A stretch of 64,000 nucleotides of DNA, taken from a virus. The translations under genes were made by a program, and so were the position numbers. The DNA is taken from IMG/VR virus record IMGVR_UViG_3300044739_000018, positions 99,482-163,481 of that record; one strand, written 5' to 3'. The notes beneath the pieces were generated by a model, which made no database searches, was not told where the DNA came from, and saw only the letters and a program-made list of their open reading frames with translations. Every line of letters begins with the position of its first letter. Within the stretch, counting starts at the first letter, position 1. Shown here one piece after another: positions 41,869 through 52,755 of the stretch.

Positions 41869-43610
41869 TGGCTACCGAGATCATGACCGACAAGGAAATG
41901 GGAACGGTTGTCCTCAACGACACCGAGATCTCTAACGACGTAATCATGAAGCACCTTGGGGATCAAGAACCCGAGATCGCTGCCCTGGTCCGCTGGACGG
42001 CGGGCACCCAGTCACAGGGGCGTCATGGTGGGCTGTTCGACCGCGACCGTTACGTCACTCCCGAGACTCTCTTTGACGAGTTCAAGGTGGCGTATGACGC
42101 CGCTGAACAGGACGACGTGGTATCTGGTGTTCTGGAGACAACCGAGGCGCTGGCCTTCGGCAAGATGTCGCTGGACTGTGACGACCCTGACGAGACGGAT
42201 GTCTGGAACCAGGTGGCGGCCGACTTGGATTTGGACTCTCGCCTTCGTGAAATGTGGAGGGAGCTGTTCATCGTCTCCCAGTTCTACGCCGCCGTCTGGT
42301 GGGGCAGGAAGACCTACAAGGTGCGCGGCAAGAGCAGTGACACCGGGGTGAAGCGCAAGAAGACGTTCTCCAACCTCTATGTGCCACGAGGCATCACCGT
42401 CCTCGATCCCACCAAGGTCGTCCCGGTCGGAAGCTTCATGTTCAACCAGGAGAAGCTGGCATACATCTCCGACCGCATCGAGGGCGACGAGATCGACAAG
42501 GTTCTGAATCGTGAGAAGTCAGACCCAATGATCGAGCAGCTAATTGTCGGCCCTTACGAGCCAAGCCGTGACGAAATGAAGCGGTTGGCTGAGTTCGGCA
42601 TCGGCAGCATGGATCGGCTGTTCCTGATGAACCCGAAGAACGTTTTCCGCCACACCGCCACTCGGCCCCAGTACAAGAAGATGGCGACAGTGCGGCTCAA
42701 GAGCGTCTTTGAGCTTCTGGACATGAAGCATCAACTCCGCCAGATGGACCGCGCTCACCTGATCGGTGGCACCAACTTCATCGTTCTGGTCAAGAAGGGC
42801 ACCGACCAGATGCCCGCCAAGCCCGCCGAGATCGCGAACTTGCAGGCACAGGTTCGCACGGTTGCTCGCGTTCCCGTGCTGGTGGGCGACCACCGCCTTG
42901 AAGTCGAGATCGTTACTCCGAAGCTGGACACGACCTTGCAGCCAGACAAGTACAACGGCCTCGACGCCCGCATCACCGCTCGGCTCTACCAGATGTTCAT
43001 GACCGGCAACTTCTCTGCCGGAGCCAAGGGCGACGACTCGATCAAGCTCGCCCGCGTCGTCGCCCGGTCGATGGAGTCACGGCGCCACATGCTGCGCCGT
43101 TCCATTGAAACGTTCATTCTAAAGCCCTGCTTCGAGATGAACGATGACCTGGTTGCCGAGGCTCCCAAGTTGCGGTTCCACCCCAAGCGCATCGCTCTCG
43201 ACTTCGACCCGGCCCTGGCGAATTACCTGCTCGACCTTCGTGACCGTGGCGACCTCAGCCGCCAGTCGGTGCTTGAGGAGGTCGATTACAACCAGGACGA
43301 CGAGGCCAAGCGGCGTAAGCGTGAGGCCGAGGAGGGCATGGACGAACTGTTCGCCCCAACGAACGTTCCGTTCGACGGCGCTCCTGCTCCTGGACAGCCT
43401 GGCGTTCCGGGTGCTCCGAACAACAACGTGCCCAAGGGCGCGGTGCGTGCTCCTGGGCAGCCCAACAAGCCTGGAGCGAAAAATTTGGTCCCGCGTGTCG
43501 ATCCTAAAGCGCAGGGACGAACCAAGGGCGGTAACCGGAACGGCGGAGGCTCTGCCCCCGGCACCGGTCAGGGTAAGCCGTCGACCGACCCAAGGAGGAA
43601 ATCGAAGTGA
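41868..43610 (+). CDS. Portal protein
   Basis: ~580 aa after TerL with a disordered Pro/Gly C-terminus; synteny. Confidence 0.72.
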   Translation: MATEIMTDKEMGTVVLNDTEISNDVIMKHLGDQEPEIAALVRWTAGTQSQGRHGGLFDRDRYVTPETLFDEFKVAYDAAEQDDVVSGVLETTEALAFGKMSLDCDDPDETDVWNQVAADLDLDSRLREMWRELFIVSQFYAAVWWGRKTYKVRGKSSDTGVKRKKTFSNLYVPRGITVLDPTKVVPVGSFMFNQEKLAYISDRIEGDEIDKVLNREKSDPMIEQLIVGPYEPSRDEMKRLAEFGIGSMDRLFLMNPKNVFRHTATRPQYKKMATVRLKSVFELLDMKHQLRQMDRAHLIGGTNFIVLVKKGTDQMPAKPAEIANLQAQVRTVARVPVLVGDHRLEVEIVTPKLDTTLQPDKYNGLDARITARLYQMFMTGNFSAGAKGDDSIKLARVVARSMESRRHMLRRSIETFILKPCFEMNDDLVAEAPKLRFHPKRIALDFDPALANYLLDLRDRGDLSRQSVLEEVDYNQDDEAKRRKREAEEGMDELFAPTNVPFDGAPAPGQPGVPGAPNNNVPKGAVRAPGQPNKPGAKNLVPRVDPKAQGRTKGGNRNGGGSAPGTGQGKPSTDPRRKSK

Positions 43611-43764
43611 CCAGTGAGCAGATGGACAATTACCTGAACGACCTAAAGGAACACGCTCGCGAAATCGGCGTCGAGCGTAACACCGCTGCACAGCAAGGCG
43701 TGGATCTGATCCAGGCCAAGGAAGTCGGCATGCTGGAGCACGATGAGGACGAGGATGACGACTA

Positions 43765-44538
43765 ATGACCGTCCTCTACGAATCCAAGAGCGCCTTCTGG
43801 TTTGGCGCGCAGGCTGTGCTCCTGGACAGCACGATGGAGCGCGCTTGGGCTGAGAAGTATGTCCGAGAGAATGCTGCCTACAAGTGGGTTCTGGGCAAGT
43901 TCGTGGAAGCGGACAATGCCAACTCCAACAAGCAGTACTTCTCCATGGATGGCCTCCGGATGGGTCAGCCCACAATCTCGCACGCTCCAATGAACATCAA
44001 TCATGCGCCCCGGCGCATCGTTGGTGCCTATGTAGCGAGCGAGTTCCAGTACCCAGTCGAAGGTGCTGCTGAAGGACAGATTCACAATCCCTACATCGAG
44101 GCACTAGCCGTCTTCTGGCGGCACTACTTCCCCGAGGAGTTCGCCGTCGTCCAAATGGCGAATGACACCGGCAATCTGTTCTTCTCTATGGAGTGCATCC
44201 CGCAGGAGATCAAGTGTGACGGTGAGTCTGGATGCGGGCAGCAGTTCGCCTATGAAGGCCGCTACTCCCACAGCTATTGCGACCACCTGAACGAGCCGGG
44301 TAGCGGCGTAATCAAGAACCTGGTCAAGCCTCACTTCACCGGTGGAGCACTGATCGTTCCGCCCGAAAGGCCAGGTTGGAAGAACGCTTCTGTGGACCAG
44401 TTCTCACAGCTTCTGAAGGACAATGCGAAGGAAGCTGAGATGGCATACGAGGGTATCGAGGAGGAGTTTCCGACCCTTGATCCTGCCAAGTGGGAAGCCA
44501 TGATGTTCGAGCTTTTGAAGCTGGGTGCAAAGTCATAG
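43765..44538 (+). CDS. Putative prohead protease
   Basis: ANSNKQYF, NINH, FSMEC; position between portal and scaffold. Confidence 0.65.
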   Translation: MTVLYESKSAFWFGAQAVLLDSTMERAWAEKYVRENAAYKWVLGKFVEADNANSNKQYFSMDGLRMGQPTISHAPMNINHAPRRIVGAYVASEFQYPVEGAAEGQIHNPYIEALAVFWRHYFPEEFAVVQMANDTGNLFFSMECIPQEIKCDGESGCGQQFAYEGRYSHSYCDHLNEPGSGVIKNLVKPHFTGGALIVPPERPGWKNASVDQFSQLLKDNAKEAEMAYEGIEEEFPTLDPAKWEAMMFELLKLGAKS

Positions 44539-44585
44539 CACGGAAAATTTGAATTAGCCGTGTCTTTTTGCCGAAGACTTCCTCG

Positions 44586-45281
44586 ATGCTAAAAGAGCTT
44601 CACGACCTGCTAATGGCTGAGAAGCCCGAGGGTGCATCGCATCCCGAGGAAGCCAACTGCCCATTCTGCAAGTCAGACGCCGAGCCGAAAGAGGCGAAGG
44701 AGGTATCCGTGTCCTACACCGAGGAAGAGTTGAAGGCCAAGGTGGACGAAGCAGTTGCGTCGGCCACCAAGGATCTTGAGACCAAGGTGAAGGAGCTGGA
44801 AGAGGTGCGCAGTGCCTCTGAGGTTGAGGCGAAGCTTGCCGAGGCCAAGGCTGAATTCGAGACCAAGGTTTCGGAGATCCAGGCCCAGCTCGACACCGCG
44901 GTTCTGGAGGCCGAAAAGGCCAAGACCGAGAAGGAAGAGATTGTTGCTTTCCTAGAGGCGGAAGCAACCAAGGCAGAGGAGCAGGCTCAGCTTGTTGCTC
45001 GCCGGGATGAGCGGCTGAAGCAGGTCGCTGAAGTTGCCTCCTTCCCCCAGGAGTACGTCGAGGCCAACGCAGATCGTTGGGCTGGCCTGGACGACGAGCA
45101 GTTCGCTGCACTGCTGGAGGATTACAAGGCTGTTGGCGCAAAGAAGGAAGACGGCGAGGAGCAGATTCCCGCTGGCACTTCTGCCATGACCGCTAGCCGC
45201 GAATCAAAGGGCGACAAGAAGGTGATGGCAGAAGTCATTCGTGGCTTCCGCACAGCCGGTGTCGACCCTCGGACGCTCTAA
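44586..45281 (+). CDS. Capsid scaffolding protein
   Basis: Acidic Glu/Ala/Lys coiled coil before the capsid genes. Confidence 0.72.
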   Translation: MLKELHDLLMAEKPEGASHPEEANCPFCKSDAEPKEAKEVSVSYTEEELKAKVDEAVASATKDLETKVKELEEVRSASEVEAKLAEAKAEFETKVSEIQAQLDTAVLEAEKAKTEKEEIVAFLEAEATKAEEQAQLVARRDERLKQVAEVASFPQEYVEANADRWAGLDDEQFAALLEDYKAVGAKKEDGEEQIPAGTSAMTASRESKGDKKVMAEVIRGFRTAGVDPRTL

Positions 45282-45301
45282 CCCGAAGGGGGTGTATGTA
45301 A

Positions 45302-45874
45302 ATGTCCTACGGCCGTAATTTCGAGTTCCGCGTTCCCCCCGTACATGGTGAGCGTTCCGCTCGGCATTCGACTCCGACTACTGGCACGCCGCTTCCCATC
45401 GGCGCTCCGGTCAGGATCAACCGTGCTGCTGACGACGATACGTTCGGCAACAAGCCCGTTGAACTGGCTCCCGCTGGTGCTCCCCCCCGCAAGGGCGAGA
45501 GTGGCATTGCCATCTACGAACACGCACCGGCAGCGTATGCCGGGACCGATCCGTTCCTGACTACTTACAGCGACATCGACACGATTCCGCTGGGCAAGAT
45601 GGTCCAGGTTGTTTTCGGTGACACGGTGAAGGTTGTTCTCCGCAACACAGAGGACCGCACCTTCCTGAACACCCGGGAGTATGCGGGCAAGACCATGATC
45701 GCTGGCCTAGGTGCCACGCCGACCGTGGTTGTCGGTGACTACCTGGAGCCTGCAACAACTCCGAACGATACCAACGGGTATTGGCAGGAGACTTCAACAG
45801 CCGCCAACGCGTGGCTCGTCGTTACCAAGGTCGATGCTGACCGCGGTGAGGTCGAAGCCCGGATGCTCTTCTAA
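45302..45874 (+). CDS. Putative head decoration/minor capsid protein
   Basis: Beta-rich, between scaffold and MCP. Confidence 0.6.
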   Translation: MSYGRNFEFRVPPVHGERSARHSTPTTGTPLPIGAPVRINRAADDDTFGNKPVELAPAGAPPRKGESGIAIYEHAPAAYAGTDPFLTTYSDIDTIPLGKMVQVVFGDTVKVVLRNTEDRTFLNTREYAGKTMIAGLGATPTVVVGDYLEPATTPNDTNGYWQETSTAANAWLVVTKVDADRGEVEARMLF

Positions 45875-45890
45875 GGGGAGGTGTAAGAAA

Positions 45891-46841
45891 GTGACCACCA
45901 CCACTGTTGATCCCGGCCGAAGTGAGGCCGAGCGCAAGGAGCTACGGGACAAGGTCGCGAAGTTGAACCAGGAGGCATCGGCTAACTGGGACAACCCGAC
46001 ATGGCGTCGTGAGATGGCTCAGGAAGTTACTGAGACGATTTACGAAGGCTTCGACCACGAGAACCTGCTGTCGCTGCTTGCCGACGTGGAGAATGCGCCC
46101 TTTGATGGGCGTGTCTTCGTGAAGGAAGTCAGGGGTCTGCGTGCCTTCTGGGTAGCCCGAGGTGGCTACATCGAGGCCAGCACACTCCAGGCCGAGGTCA
46201 TGGAGATCGAGCGAGACACCATCGGATTCCACGTCACGGAGTTCGAGGACAAGCTGCGGACCAACTTCGCAGAGACGCAGAGGACTCTTGTCGATCTCGG
46301 CATCCGCCGGATGGACGCTGAGGTCAACCTGCGCCTCCTGAAGCTGCTCCAGGCTTCCATTCCCTCTGGTCATGACTCCTATGTGGGCATGACCGGCTTC
46401 AGCCTCGACGCCCTCAACGCCGCACTACGCGCCGTTGCGGACGCAACGCTGGAGCAGGGAGCCATCACGATTGTGGGCCGTCGCACCATGACGGACCAGA
46501 TCATCGACGCCATTGTCAGCACGCCTGCTTACGGCGCGTTCCTCCCGGAGACCAACGAACAACTGCTTCGGCAGGGCGTTCTTGGTACCTACCGGGGTGC
46601 CCGCATCGTCAGCCTGCGGAACTTCAAGGACGCAGACGATGTGTCCTTCTTCCCGGCCAACGAGATGTATGTCCTTGCCCGGGACGCCAGCAAGTTCGCC
46701 TTCTGGGGCGGCCTTCTGTCGAAGGAGTTCGACGAGCAGGACAACTGGTACTGGCACTACCTGGCACGCCGGGACTTCGGTGGAACCGTTCACCGTCCCG
46801 ACCGTGTTCGTCGCCTGGTCGACACCAACCTCGCACCGTAA
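45891..46841 (+). CDS. Major capsid protein
   Basis: 316 aa, GVLGTYRGARIV motif, followed by a terminator; synteny. Confidence 0.78.
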   Translation: MTTTTVDPGRSEAERKELRDKVAKLNQEASANWDNPTWRREMAQEVTETIYEGFDHENLLSLLADVENAPFDGRVFVKEVRGLRAFWVARGGYIEASTLQAEVMEIERDTIGFHVTEFEDKLRTNFAETQRTLVDLGIRRMDAEVNLRLLKLLQASIPSGHDSYVGMTGFSLDALNAALRAVADATLEQGAITIVGRRTMTDQIIDAIVSTPAYGAFLPETNEQLLRQGVLGTYRGARIVSLRNFKDADDVSFFPANEMYVLARDASKFAFWGGLLSKEFDEQDNWYWHYLARRDFGGTVHRPDRVRRLVDTNLAP

Positions 46842-46875
46842 GGCTGCCTTAGCCGACAAGGGCGGAGCGAGAGAA

Positions 46876-46916
46876 GCAAGGGGAGGGGACTTCGGTCTCC
46901 TCCTCTTGCGCGTTTG
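46876..46916 (+). terminator. Terminator hairpin after MCP
   Basis: GCAAGGGGAGGGGAC-TTCG-GTCTCCTCCTCTTGC. Confidence 0.75.
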
Positions 46917-46965
46917 ATCTCAGCTTCGAATTCTCCGATGGTTAGTTCAGGAAGGCGCGAGCCTT

Positions 46966-47493
46966 ATGGAAAAAGGAGCAACAATGTCAGAGTACGAGAG
47001 CTGGAAGAACGCAACGAATGGGTTGCTGTTCATTCGCAAGTACAACAACCGTGGTGACCTCGGTCATGAGGCGGTCCATGCAAGGAAGACGTTTCACGTG
47101 ACACCACAAGAGCGTCGTATCAATCAGGAGATGGCCGCTGTGCCGTCCCAGGACTTTTTCAGCAACGGGATGCTGACCCCGGTACGTCTCATCGACACCG
47201 AGGAAGACGCAAAGGAGATTGCGTCCAACCCGAACCTCATGTCCGAGAGTGACATGAAGGGTCTGTTCAAGGCCCAGTGGAAGACCTTCGATGCCCGCAT
47301 CGACAGCATCACCAACGAGACCACGTTGAAGCGGCTGCTGGAGATGAGCCAGGACAACGAGGTTGGTGCGTCAGTGCGTCAGGCAGACGCCGTGCAGGCT
47401 CGGCTGCGTGAGGTCGCACCGCAAACGTTCATTGAGGTGCAGAGCGCCCCGATCTCCGAGAAGCAGACCCTCAAGCCGACTTCACCGCGGTAA
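46966..47493 (+). CDS. Hypothetical head-associated protein
   Basis: ORF after MCP. Confidence 0.6.
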   Translation: MEKGATMSEYESWKNATNGLLFIRKYNNRGDLGHEAVHARKTFHVTPQERRINQEMAAVPSQDFFSNGMLTPVRLIDTEEDAKEIASNPNLMSESDMKGLFKAQWKTFDARIDSITNETTLKRLLEMSQDNEVGASVRQADAVQARLREVAPQTFIEVQSAPISEKQTLKPTSPR

Positions 47494-47502
47494 GGAGCAA
47501 TT

Positions 47503-47904
47503 GTGTCCGCACTTAGTGACTACGCCGAGAACAAGCTTCTCGACCACGCCGTGGGAACCACGTCGTTCACGATGCCTGCGACGGTTCGCGTGGCGCTATT
47601 CACAACTTCAGGTTCTCTTGCGAACCTTGAAGCGGGCACGCTTACCGGTGAGGTATCGGGTGGCTCGTATGCCCGTCAGACGCCGACATTCTCTGCTGCG
47701 TCTGGCGGGGCTACGAGTAACACCGGAGCACTCACTTTTACGAACATGCCAGCCAACACTGTGCGGTTTGTGGCCCTCATGGACAGCGCCACCGCTGGGG
47801 CAGGCAACGTGCTGTTCTATGGGCAGCTAGCGGCTGACAAGACGACTGGGGCTGGCGACACCTTCACCATCGCCATTGGTGACCTCGACGTAACCCTGGC
47901 CTAA
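47503..47904 (+). CDS. Virion structural protein (fibre-associated)
   Basis: LSDYAENKLLDH, EVSGGSYAR, GNVLFYG, GDTFTI pattern typical of phage structural proteins. Confidence 0.75.
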   Translation: MSALSDYAENKLLDHAVGTTSFTMPATVRVALFTTSGSLANLEAGTLTGEVSGGSYARQTPTFSAASGGATSNTGALTFTNMPANTVRFVALMDSATAGAGNVLFYGQLAADKTTGAGDTFTIAIGDLDVTLA

Positions 47905-47940
47905 GTCGAATAACGCTCCCGGCAGGCCGATACCTGTTCT

Positions 47941-48135
47941 GTGGCTACTGACGGTCTGGACTATGTCGCACACGCTGTCGTGGAGAAGTGGTCTCCCGCG
48001 CAAATGGACAAAATCAAGGCCAAGCACCAGGGCAAGAACAAGTTCACTCGTGAGGAATTGCTTGCGGAGGAACCGCCCGACGAAATCACTGATGATGGAA
48101 CTGTGATCCCCGGCAAGGTCAAGGAGAAGAAGTAA
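47941..48135 (+). CDS. Small protein, partial paralogue of the next gene
   Basis: VVEKWSPAQ. Confidence 0.55.
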   Translation: MATDGLDYVAHAVVEKWSPAQMDKIKAKHQGKNKFTREELLAEEPPDEITDDGTVIPGKVKEKK

Positions 48136-48821
48136 TGGCGAATCTACTGATTCCTCGGGCCGAGGATCTGATCGCTGCCCGCCCTGGATGCGGGCCGGAC
48201 GATCTGAAGGATTTGGCTCGCGAGCTTTTCACCAACGGTAGTTTGGACCACGTTCCCGCAACGTGGATCAGCACTGGCATCGTCGAGAAGTGGGACCCCG
48301 ACCAGGTGGCCTATGCCAGCAAGATTCAGTCGGGACGCCTAGAGCGCGAAGACCTGTATCGGCTCGTCGGAACGCCTGAGTACACCGAGGACCCGCCCTC
48401 GAACTTGCTCGTCAACAACGGCATTAACCGGCTGCTGAACCTGCTGATCGGCACAGGCTCCATTGTGGCGTACACCAACGCCACCTCTCGCCTGGGCACG
48501 GGCAACTCGGCCACCGCCGAGGTCGCGTCACAGACCGACCTTCAGGCTGCTGCCGGTGCCGCCAACCGATACTTCCAGGCTGCTGCCGCCACCTACCCGC
48601 AGGTGTCAGCCCAGACCCTCACTCAGCAGGCCACTTTCGCCACAGGCGACGGCAACTACGTGTGGGCCGAATGGGGTATCGACGGTGGCGGCGCTTCGTC
48701 TGCTGTCGTCGGCACCAACGGCGCTTCTACCGCCGCCCTCCTGAACAGGAAGGTTGCAGCCCTGGGTACCAAGGCATCAGGTTCCACATGGACCCTGACC
48801 GTCACGATTGTGGTCTCGTAA
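48135..48821 (+). CDS. Virion structural protein
   Basis: NLLVNNG, W.EWGI, LLNRKV..LGTK. Confidence 0.7.
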   Translation: MANLLIPRAEDLIAARPGCGPDDLKDLARELFTNGSLDHVPATWISTGIVEKWDPDQVAYASKIQSGRLEREDLYRLVGTPEYTEDPPSNLLVNNGINRLLNLLIGTGSIVAYTNATSRLGTGNSATAEVASQTDLQAAAGAANRYFQAAAATYPQVSAQTLTQQATFATGDGNYVWAEWGIDGGGASSAVVGTNGASTAALLNRKVAALGTKASGSTWTLTVTIVVS

Positions 48822-49099
48822 TGCCCGCCCCCGAGGAAGGCGTCGAAGTCACCGAGTCGGCGCAGGTTGAGACGGACGAGACGAGCTTCTCGACAGAGAA
48901 CAAGGCATGTGCTTGTGAGTTCTGTGGTGAGAGTACGGATCTCGACATTCCGGAGAGCTATGCCTCCGACCTCAAGTGGGTGTGCCCGAAGTGCCAGGGA
49001 ACGAATGTTCTAGAGGGGCAGGGTCCAGCGGGTGTGCCCGAGGAACTCAAGAGCGTCACCCCGCACCTTCAGTCGGCACCCCCGCCCGACGAGGACTAA
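48821..49099 (+). CDS. Small Zn-ribbon protein
   Basis: CEFC...CPKC. Confidence 0.55.
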   Translation: MPAPEEGVEVTESAQVETDETSFSTENKACACEFCGESTDLDIPESYASDLKWVCPKCQGTNVLEGQGPAGVPEELKSVTPHLQSAPPPDED

Positions 49100-49124
49100 C
49101 CATGCACCGCGAAGGCGGTGAGCC

Positions 49125-51377
49125 ATGGCGATAGATAGCGTCACCAATTTCGCGCGCTCGACCGTCAACTCGGGTGCCATGACAGCGGGATCTCCCGCCA
49201 ACGGCGCCACTTTCACGGTCGTTGACGGTTCGGCCTTCCCGGCCAGCAACTTCTATGTGGTGATCGACCTTGAGATCATCCTGATTTCGTCGCGCTCGAC
49301 CAACACCTTCACGGTCCACGCCACCACCGGCAGGGGACAACGCGGCACCTCTGCCGCTTCCCACAGCAACGGAGCACAGGTCTTCAACGGGCCGCTGGCT
49401 CATCATGTCTCAGAGTCGGCCTACACCACGCAGGCCAACGTGTTCACGCAGGCCACGACCTTTCAGGCCGACGTGGACATGGACGACTTTGACATCAATG
49501 ACCTTGGGCAAATCAGGTTTGGCACTGGTGTTACTGCTCCGAGCTTTGCCTACATCGACCAAGGCAATCTGACTGGCGGCAAGACACGCACCATCTCGTC
49601 GCCGGACATTCTGTACGGCTACGTCGGTGAGCCAGTCAACAACGGCAACGGCATCATCTACGGCTACAAGGTCACGCCCCAGACGAACTTCGCCGGGACG
49701 GTTGCGTCACTCGTCGGCATTAACGGCCAGGTCCGGCTGCTCAACGCTGCCTCTGTGGTGAGTGACGCCTACGGCGTTTTGTGCTCACCGCCCATCATGC
49801 AGGCAGGCTCCGCCATCACGAGGGCGTACGGCGTCTACGTGAACGCGCAGACCCATGCCAGCATCACGAACGGCTACGGAGTGGTGATCGAGTCGGCCAA
49901 GACGGTGGCACTGTGGCTCGGCGCCGAGGCCGCGGGCACCACCGCGACTGGTGGAATCTCTTGGGGATCTGGCCGTGATGTCAACTTGTTCCGCAGCGCG
50001 GCCAACACGCTGAACGTTACGGCCACAGGCACGCCTGTGTTGCAGGTTGGTGGCTCCACGGTCCTGACAGCAGCCACGGGCGCTGCTCTAGCAAGTGCGA
50101 ACACCTTCACGACAGCTCAGGTCATCGACGTTGCCTCGGACGTGGTGCCGATCACCCTGATCGGGCATTCGTCTCAGACGGCGGCGTATCTGATCGCTCG
50201 TAATGACGCCAATACGCGCACCTACGTCACGTTCGACCCGGAGATCATCCACAACCAATTCGCCTTCTCCTTCACCGGATATGACACAGGCGTTACTTCT
50301 GGGTTCGCGTTGGGAATTCGCAGTGAACTCATCATTGATCCCGCCGGAGCCTCTGCCACGGTTCACATTGCAGGCAACTCTTGGGCGACTGTCCCGACCA
50401 CAAATACGCAGAACTTTACGTCCGACATGGTTGGACACATCGGTCAGGTTAGCTACGGAAGCAGTGGAACGCATTCAGGGTTGATGGTTGGGTCGAAGGG
50501 AGCCATCGACCATAGTGCAGCCCACGGGGCCGTAACCACCCAGTATGGCGTGCTCGCTACCGTCGATGATATTTCGGCTGGAACTACGTCAGTGCTGTTC
50601 AAGGGGATGACTCCAGCCAGGGCGGGCACGGCCACCAACTTCTATGGCATGTGGATCGACCCGATTACCAAGGGCGGCACTCAGAGCATCGGTGTTCGCA
50701 TCGACACGCCCACCGGAGCTGGGGCGAAGTACGCCCTATGGGTTGGAGCTGATGCCGTTGGTACGACTACTGCTAGCGGCATTGCCTTTGGTTCAGCCCA
50801 GGATGTGACGTTGGCTCGTCAGGCTCCGTTGTTCACGGAGTTGGCGACCAACGTCATCTTCTCTGCTAGCGGCAGCCTCGTGAAGATCGGTGCAGTGGGT
50901 CCAGCCCTTGAGGCAGCGATCAACCTCAACGGGTCCACGATCTACCGTGATGGGGCACTTAGCCTCAGGACCGCGTCATCAATCAACGCCGATGCAGGCA
51001 TCGAGGACAACGGCGTACTCGTCACCAAGCAAGTTCCGTTGATGTTCTCCAAGGGTGGAACGCTGACCGTTGGTGCAGGCACACATCGGGCCTACATCGA
51101 CGGCGGCAACTGGACCATTATTTCGATCCGGGCCAGTGTTGGAACGGCTCCTACTGGGGCCTCACTCATCGTGGACGTGAACAAGAACGGCACCACCGTT
51201 CACACCACCCAGTCCAATCGGGCGACCATTGCTGCGTCCGGATTCACTGACCTGGCTGACTCAGTCCAGGTGAGCAGCGTGACCACTGGGGATTACCTGA
51301 CCGTTGATATCGACCAGGTTGGATCTGGTGTTGCTGGGTCTGACCTGACCGTCACTATCTGGCTGCAAAGGGCCTAA
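49125..51377 (+). CDS. Tail/head fibre-like protein
   Basis: 750 aa, Gly/Thr/Ala-rich, internal repeat ALW.GA.A.GTT...GI..GS..DV.L.R. Confidence 0.7.
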   Translation: MAIDSVTNFARSTVNSGAMTAGSPANGATFTVVDGSAFPASNFYVVIDLEIILISSRSTNTFTVHATTGRGQRGTSAASHSNGAQVFNGPLAHHVSESAYTTQANVFTQATTFQADVDMDDFDINDLGQIRFGTGVTAPSFAYIDQGNLTGGKTRTISSPDILYGYVGEPVNNGNGIIYGYKVTPQTNFAGTVASLVGINGQVRLLNAASVVSDAYGVLCSPPIMQAGSAITRAYGVYVNAQTHASITNGYGVVIESAKTVALWLGAEAAGTTATGGISWGSGRDVNLFRSAANTLNVTATGTPVLQVGGSTVLTAATGAALASANTFTTAQVIDVASDVVPITLIGHSSQTAAYLIARNDANTRTYVTFDPEIIHNQFAFSFTGYDTGVTSGFALGIRSELIIDPAGASATVHIAGNSWATVPTTNTQNFTSDMVGHIGQVSYGSSGTHSGLMVGSKGAIDHSAAHGAVTTQYGVLATVDDISAGTTSVLFKGMTPARAGTATNFYGMWIDPITKGGTQSIGVRIDTPTGAGAKYALWVGADAVGTTTASGIAFGSAQDVTLARQAPLFTELATNVIFSASGSLVKIGAVGPALEAAINLNGSTIYRDGALSLRTASSINADAGIEDNGVLVTKQVPLMFSKGGTLTVGAGTHRAYIDGGNWTIISIRASVGTAPTGASLIVDVNKNGTTVHTTQSNRATIAASGFTDLADSVQVSSVTTGDYLTVDIDQVGSGVAGSDLTVTIWLQRA

Positions 51378-51385
51378 GGAGAACA

Positions 51386-52066
51386 ATGGCTAGTAGCTAC
51401 ATTCGGGTTCCACCCGACTCAACGGGCAAGAAACTGCGCACTCGTAACCGCACGGTCGGCGCGGACTCGGTCGAGGAGCAGTACCTCATCAAGCAGGACG
51501 AACGCATCATCAGTTACAAGGGGCGGTGCAATACGTTCCGCACTACTGGCCGTGCGGGCACCACGGGTCAGAAGCTGTTTGCCATCCACAATGCCACAGG
51601 TTCGTCGATTCTCGTGGATGTCAACCGAATCAGTGTGGACGTGATCAACACGGCTGTTCGTGCCATTACTGTCGAGCCAGTGTTGATTCGCCTCTGGCGA
51701 TTCACCGCGATCCCGACCAATGGTACGGCGCTCACGAAGGTGCCCTTGGACACAGCACTGTCCTCTAACGCGTCTGTCACCGTGTTCGGTGACGCGTCGG
51801 CCGACAAGACGGGATCAGGCACCACCTTGACGGTGACTCTGCCCGCTAACAACATCATCGGCCAGGAGTATGGCCCCCGAAACTTCACTGCTGTTGGTCA
51901 GGAAGCCGCCGATCGCGTGGAGTTCTTGGAGGATCCGCTGTCGGTGGTCACTCTGCGGGCGCTGGAAGGCATCTGCGTCTTTCTTGACTACGCCACGGCC
52001 ACGTTCAACCCTGTCACCGACTTCTGGACTGCCACTTGTGAGTGGGTGGAGTACACCCTCCCCTGA
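51386..52066 (+). CDS. Virion protein, paralogue A
   Basis: Colinear similarity with 52066-52755. Confidence 0.65.
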   Translation: MASSYIRVPPDSTGKKLRTRNRTVGADSVEEQYLIKQDERIISYKGRCNTFRTTGRAGTTGQKLFAIHNATGSSILVDVNRISVDVINTAVRAITVEPVLIRLWRFTAIPTNGTALTKVPLDTALSSNASVTVFGDASADKTGSGTTLTVTLPANNIIGQEYGPRNFTAVGQEAADRVEFLEDPLSVVTLRALEGICVFLDYATATFNPVTDFWTATCEWVEYTLP

Positions 52067-52755
52067 TGGCTGAAAGTTATGTCGCTCTCCCGAGGGACGG
52101 CACATCTGCTGGAAAGCAGGTGCGTAGTCGGCAACGCACTGTTGGCAGCACCGTTGTAGAGGAGCAGTACTTCATCGAGCAGGATGAACGGGTCCTCAGC
52201 TTTAAGGGTCGGGCAAGCACCTATCGCGCGCCGGGCCGAGCTGCAACACAGGACATCTTTGCTCTCTGGAACCAGACCGGATCAGGAGTGATCGTTGATG
52301 TTCAACGCATCACTGTTGACGTGGTCGGCACAGTGGTGAAGAACCCCATCACCGTTGAGGCGCCACTGGTTCGGCTTGTGGGCATTACTGCAATTCCGAC
52401 CGGTGGGCAGACCATGGTGACGGCTAAGACCTCTCTGGACACAGCACTCACGTCTGCCAATAACGTCATTCCATACCAAGACGCCACGGCGGATCGGGCA
52501 TTGATTGCTGGTGGGGGATTGACCATCAACCCTATCGTCATCATTTCTGAGGAGTATGGTCCTCGGGTTATCGCCACGGCGGTGGGTCAGGAGCAGTCTG
52601 ACTGTATAACGTTCCTGGGCCATAGCTGCACTCCCGTGACTCTCCAGGTGGGTGTTGGCATTGGCGTGCGAGTTGACATTGGAAGTGCTGGGACGAATCC
52701 GGCCACTGACCTGTGGACCGTAACTTGTGAATGGCTTGAGTACTCACTGCCATGA
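52066..52755 (+). CDS. Virion protein, paralogue B
   Basis: Colinear similarity with 51386-52066. Confidence 0.65.
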   Translation: MAESYVALPRDGTSAGKQVRSRQRTVGSTVVEEQYFIEQDERVLSFKGRASTYRAPGRAATQDIFALWNQTGSGVIVDVQRITVDVVGTVVKNPITVEAPLVRLVGITAIPTGGQTMVTAKTSLDTALTSANNVIPYQDATADRALIAGGGLTINPIVIISEEYGPRVIATAVGQEQSDCITFLGHSCTPVTLQVGVGIGVRVDIGSAGTNPATDLWTVTCEWLEYSLP

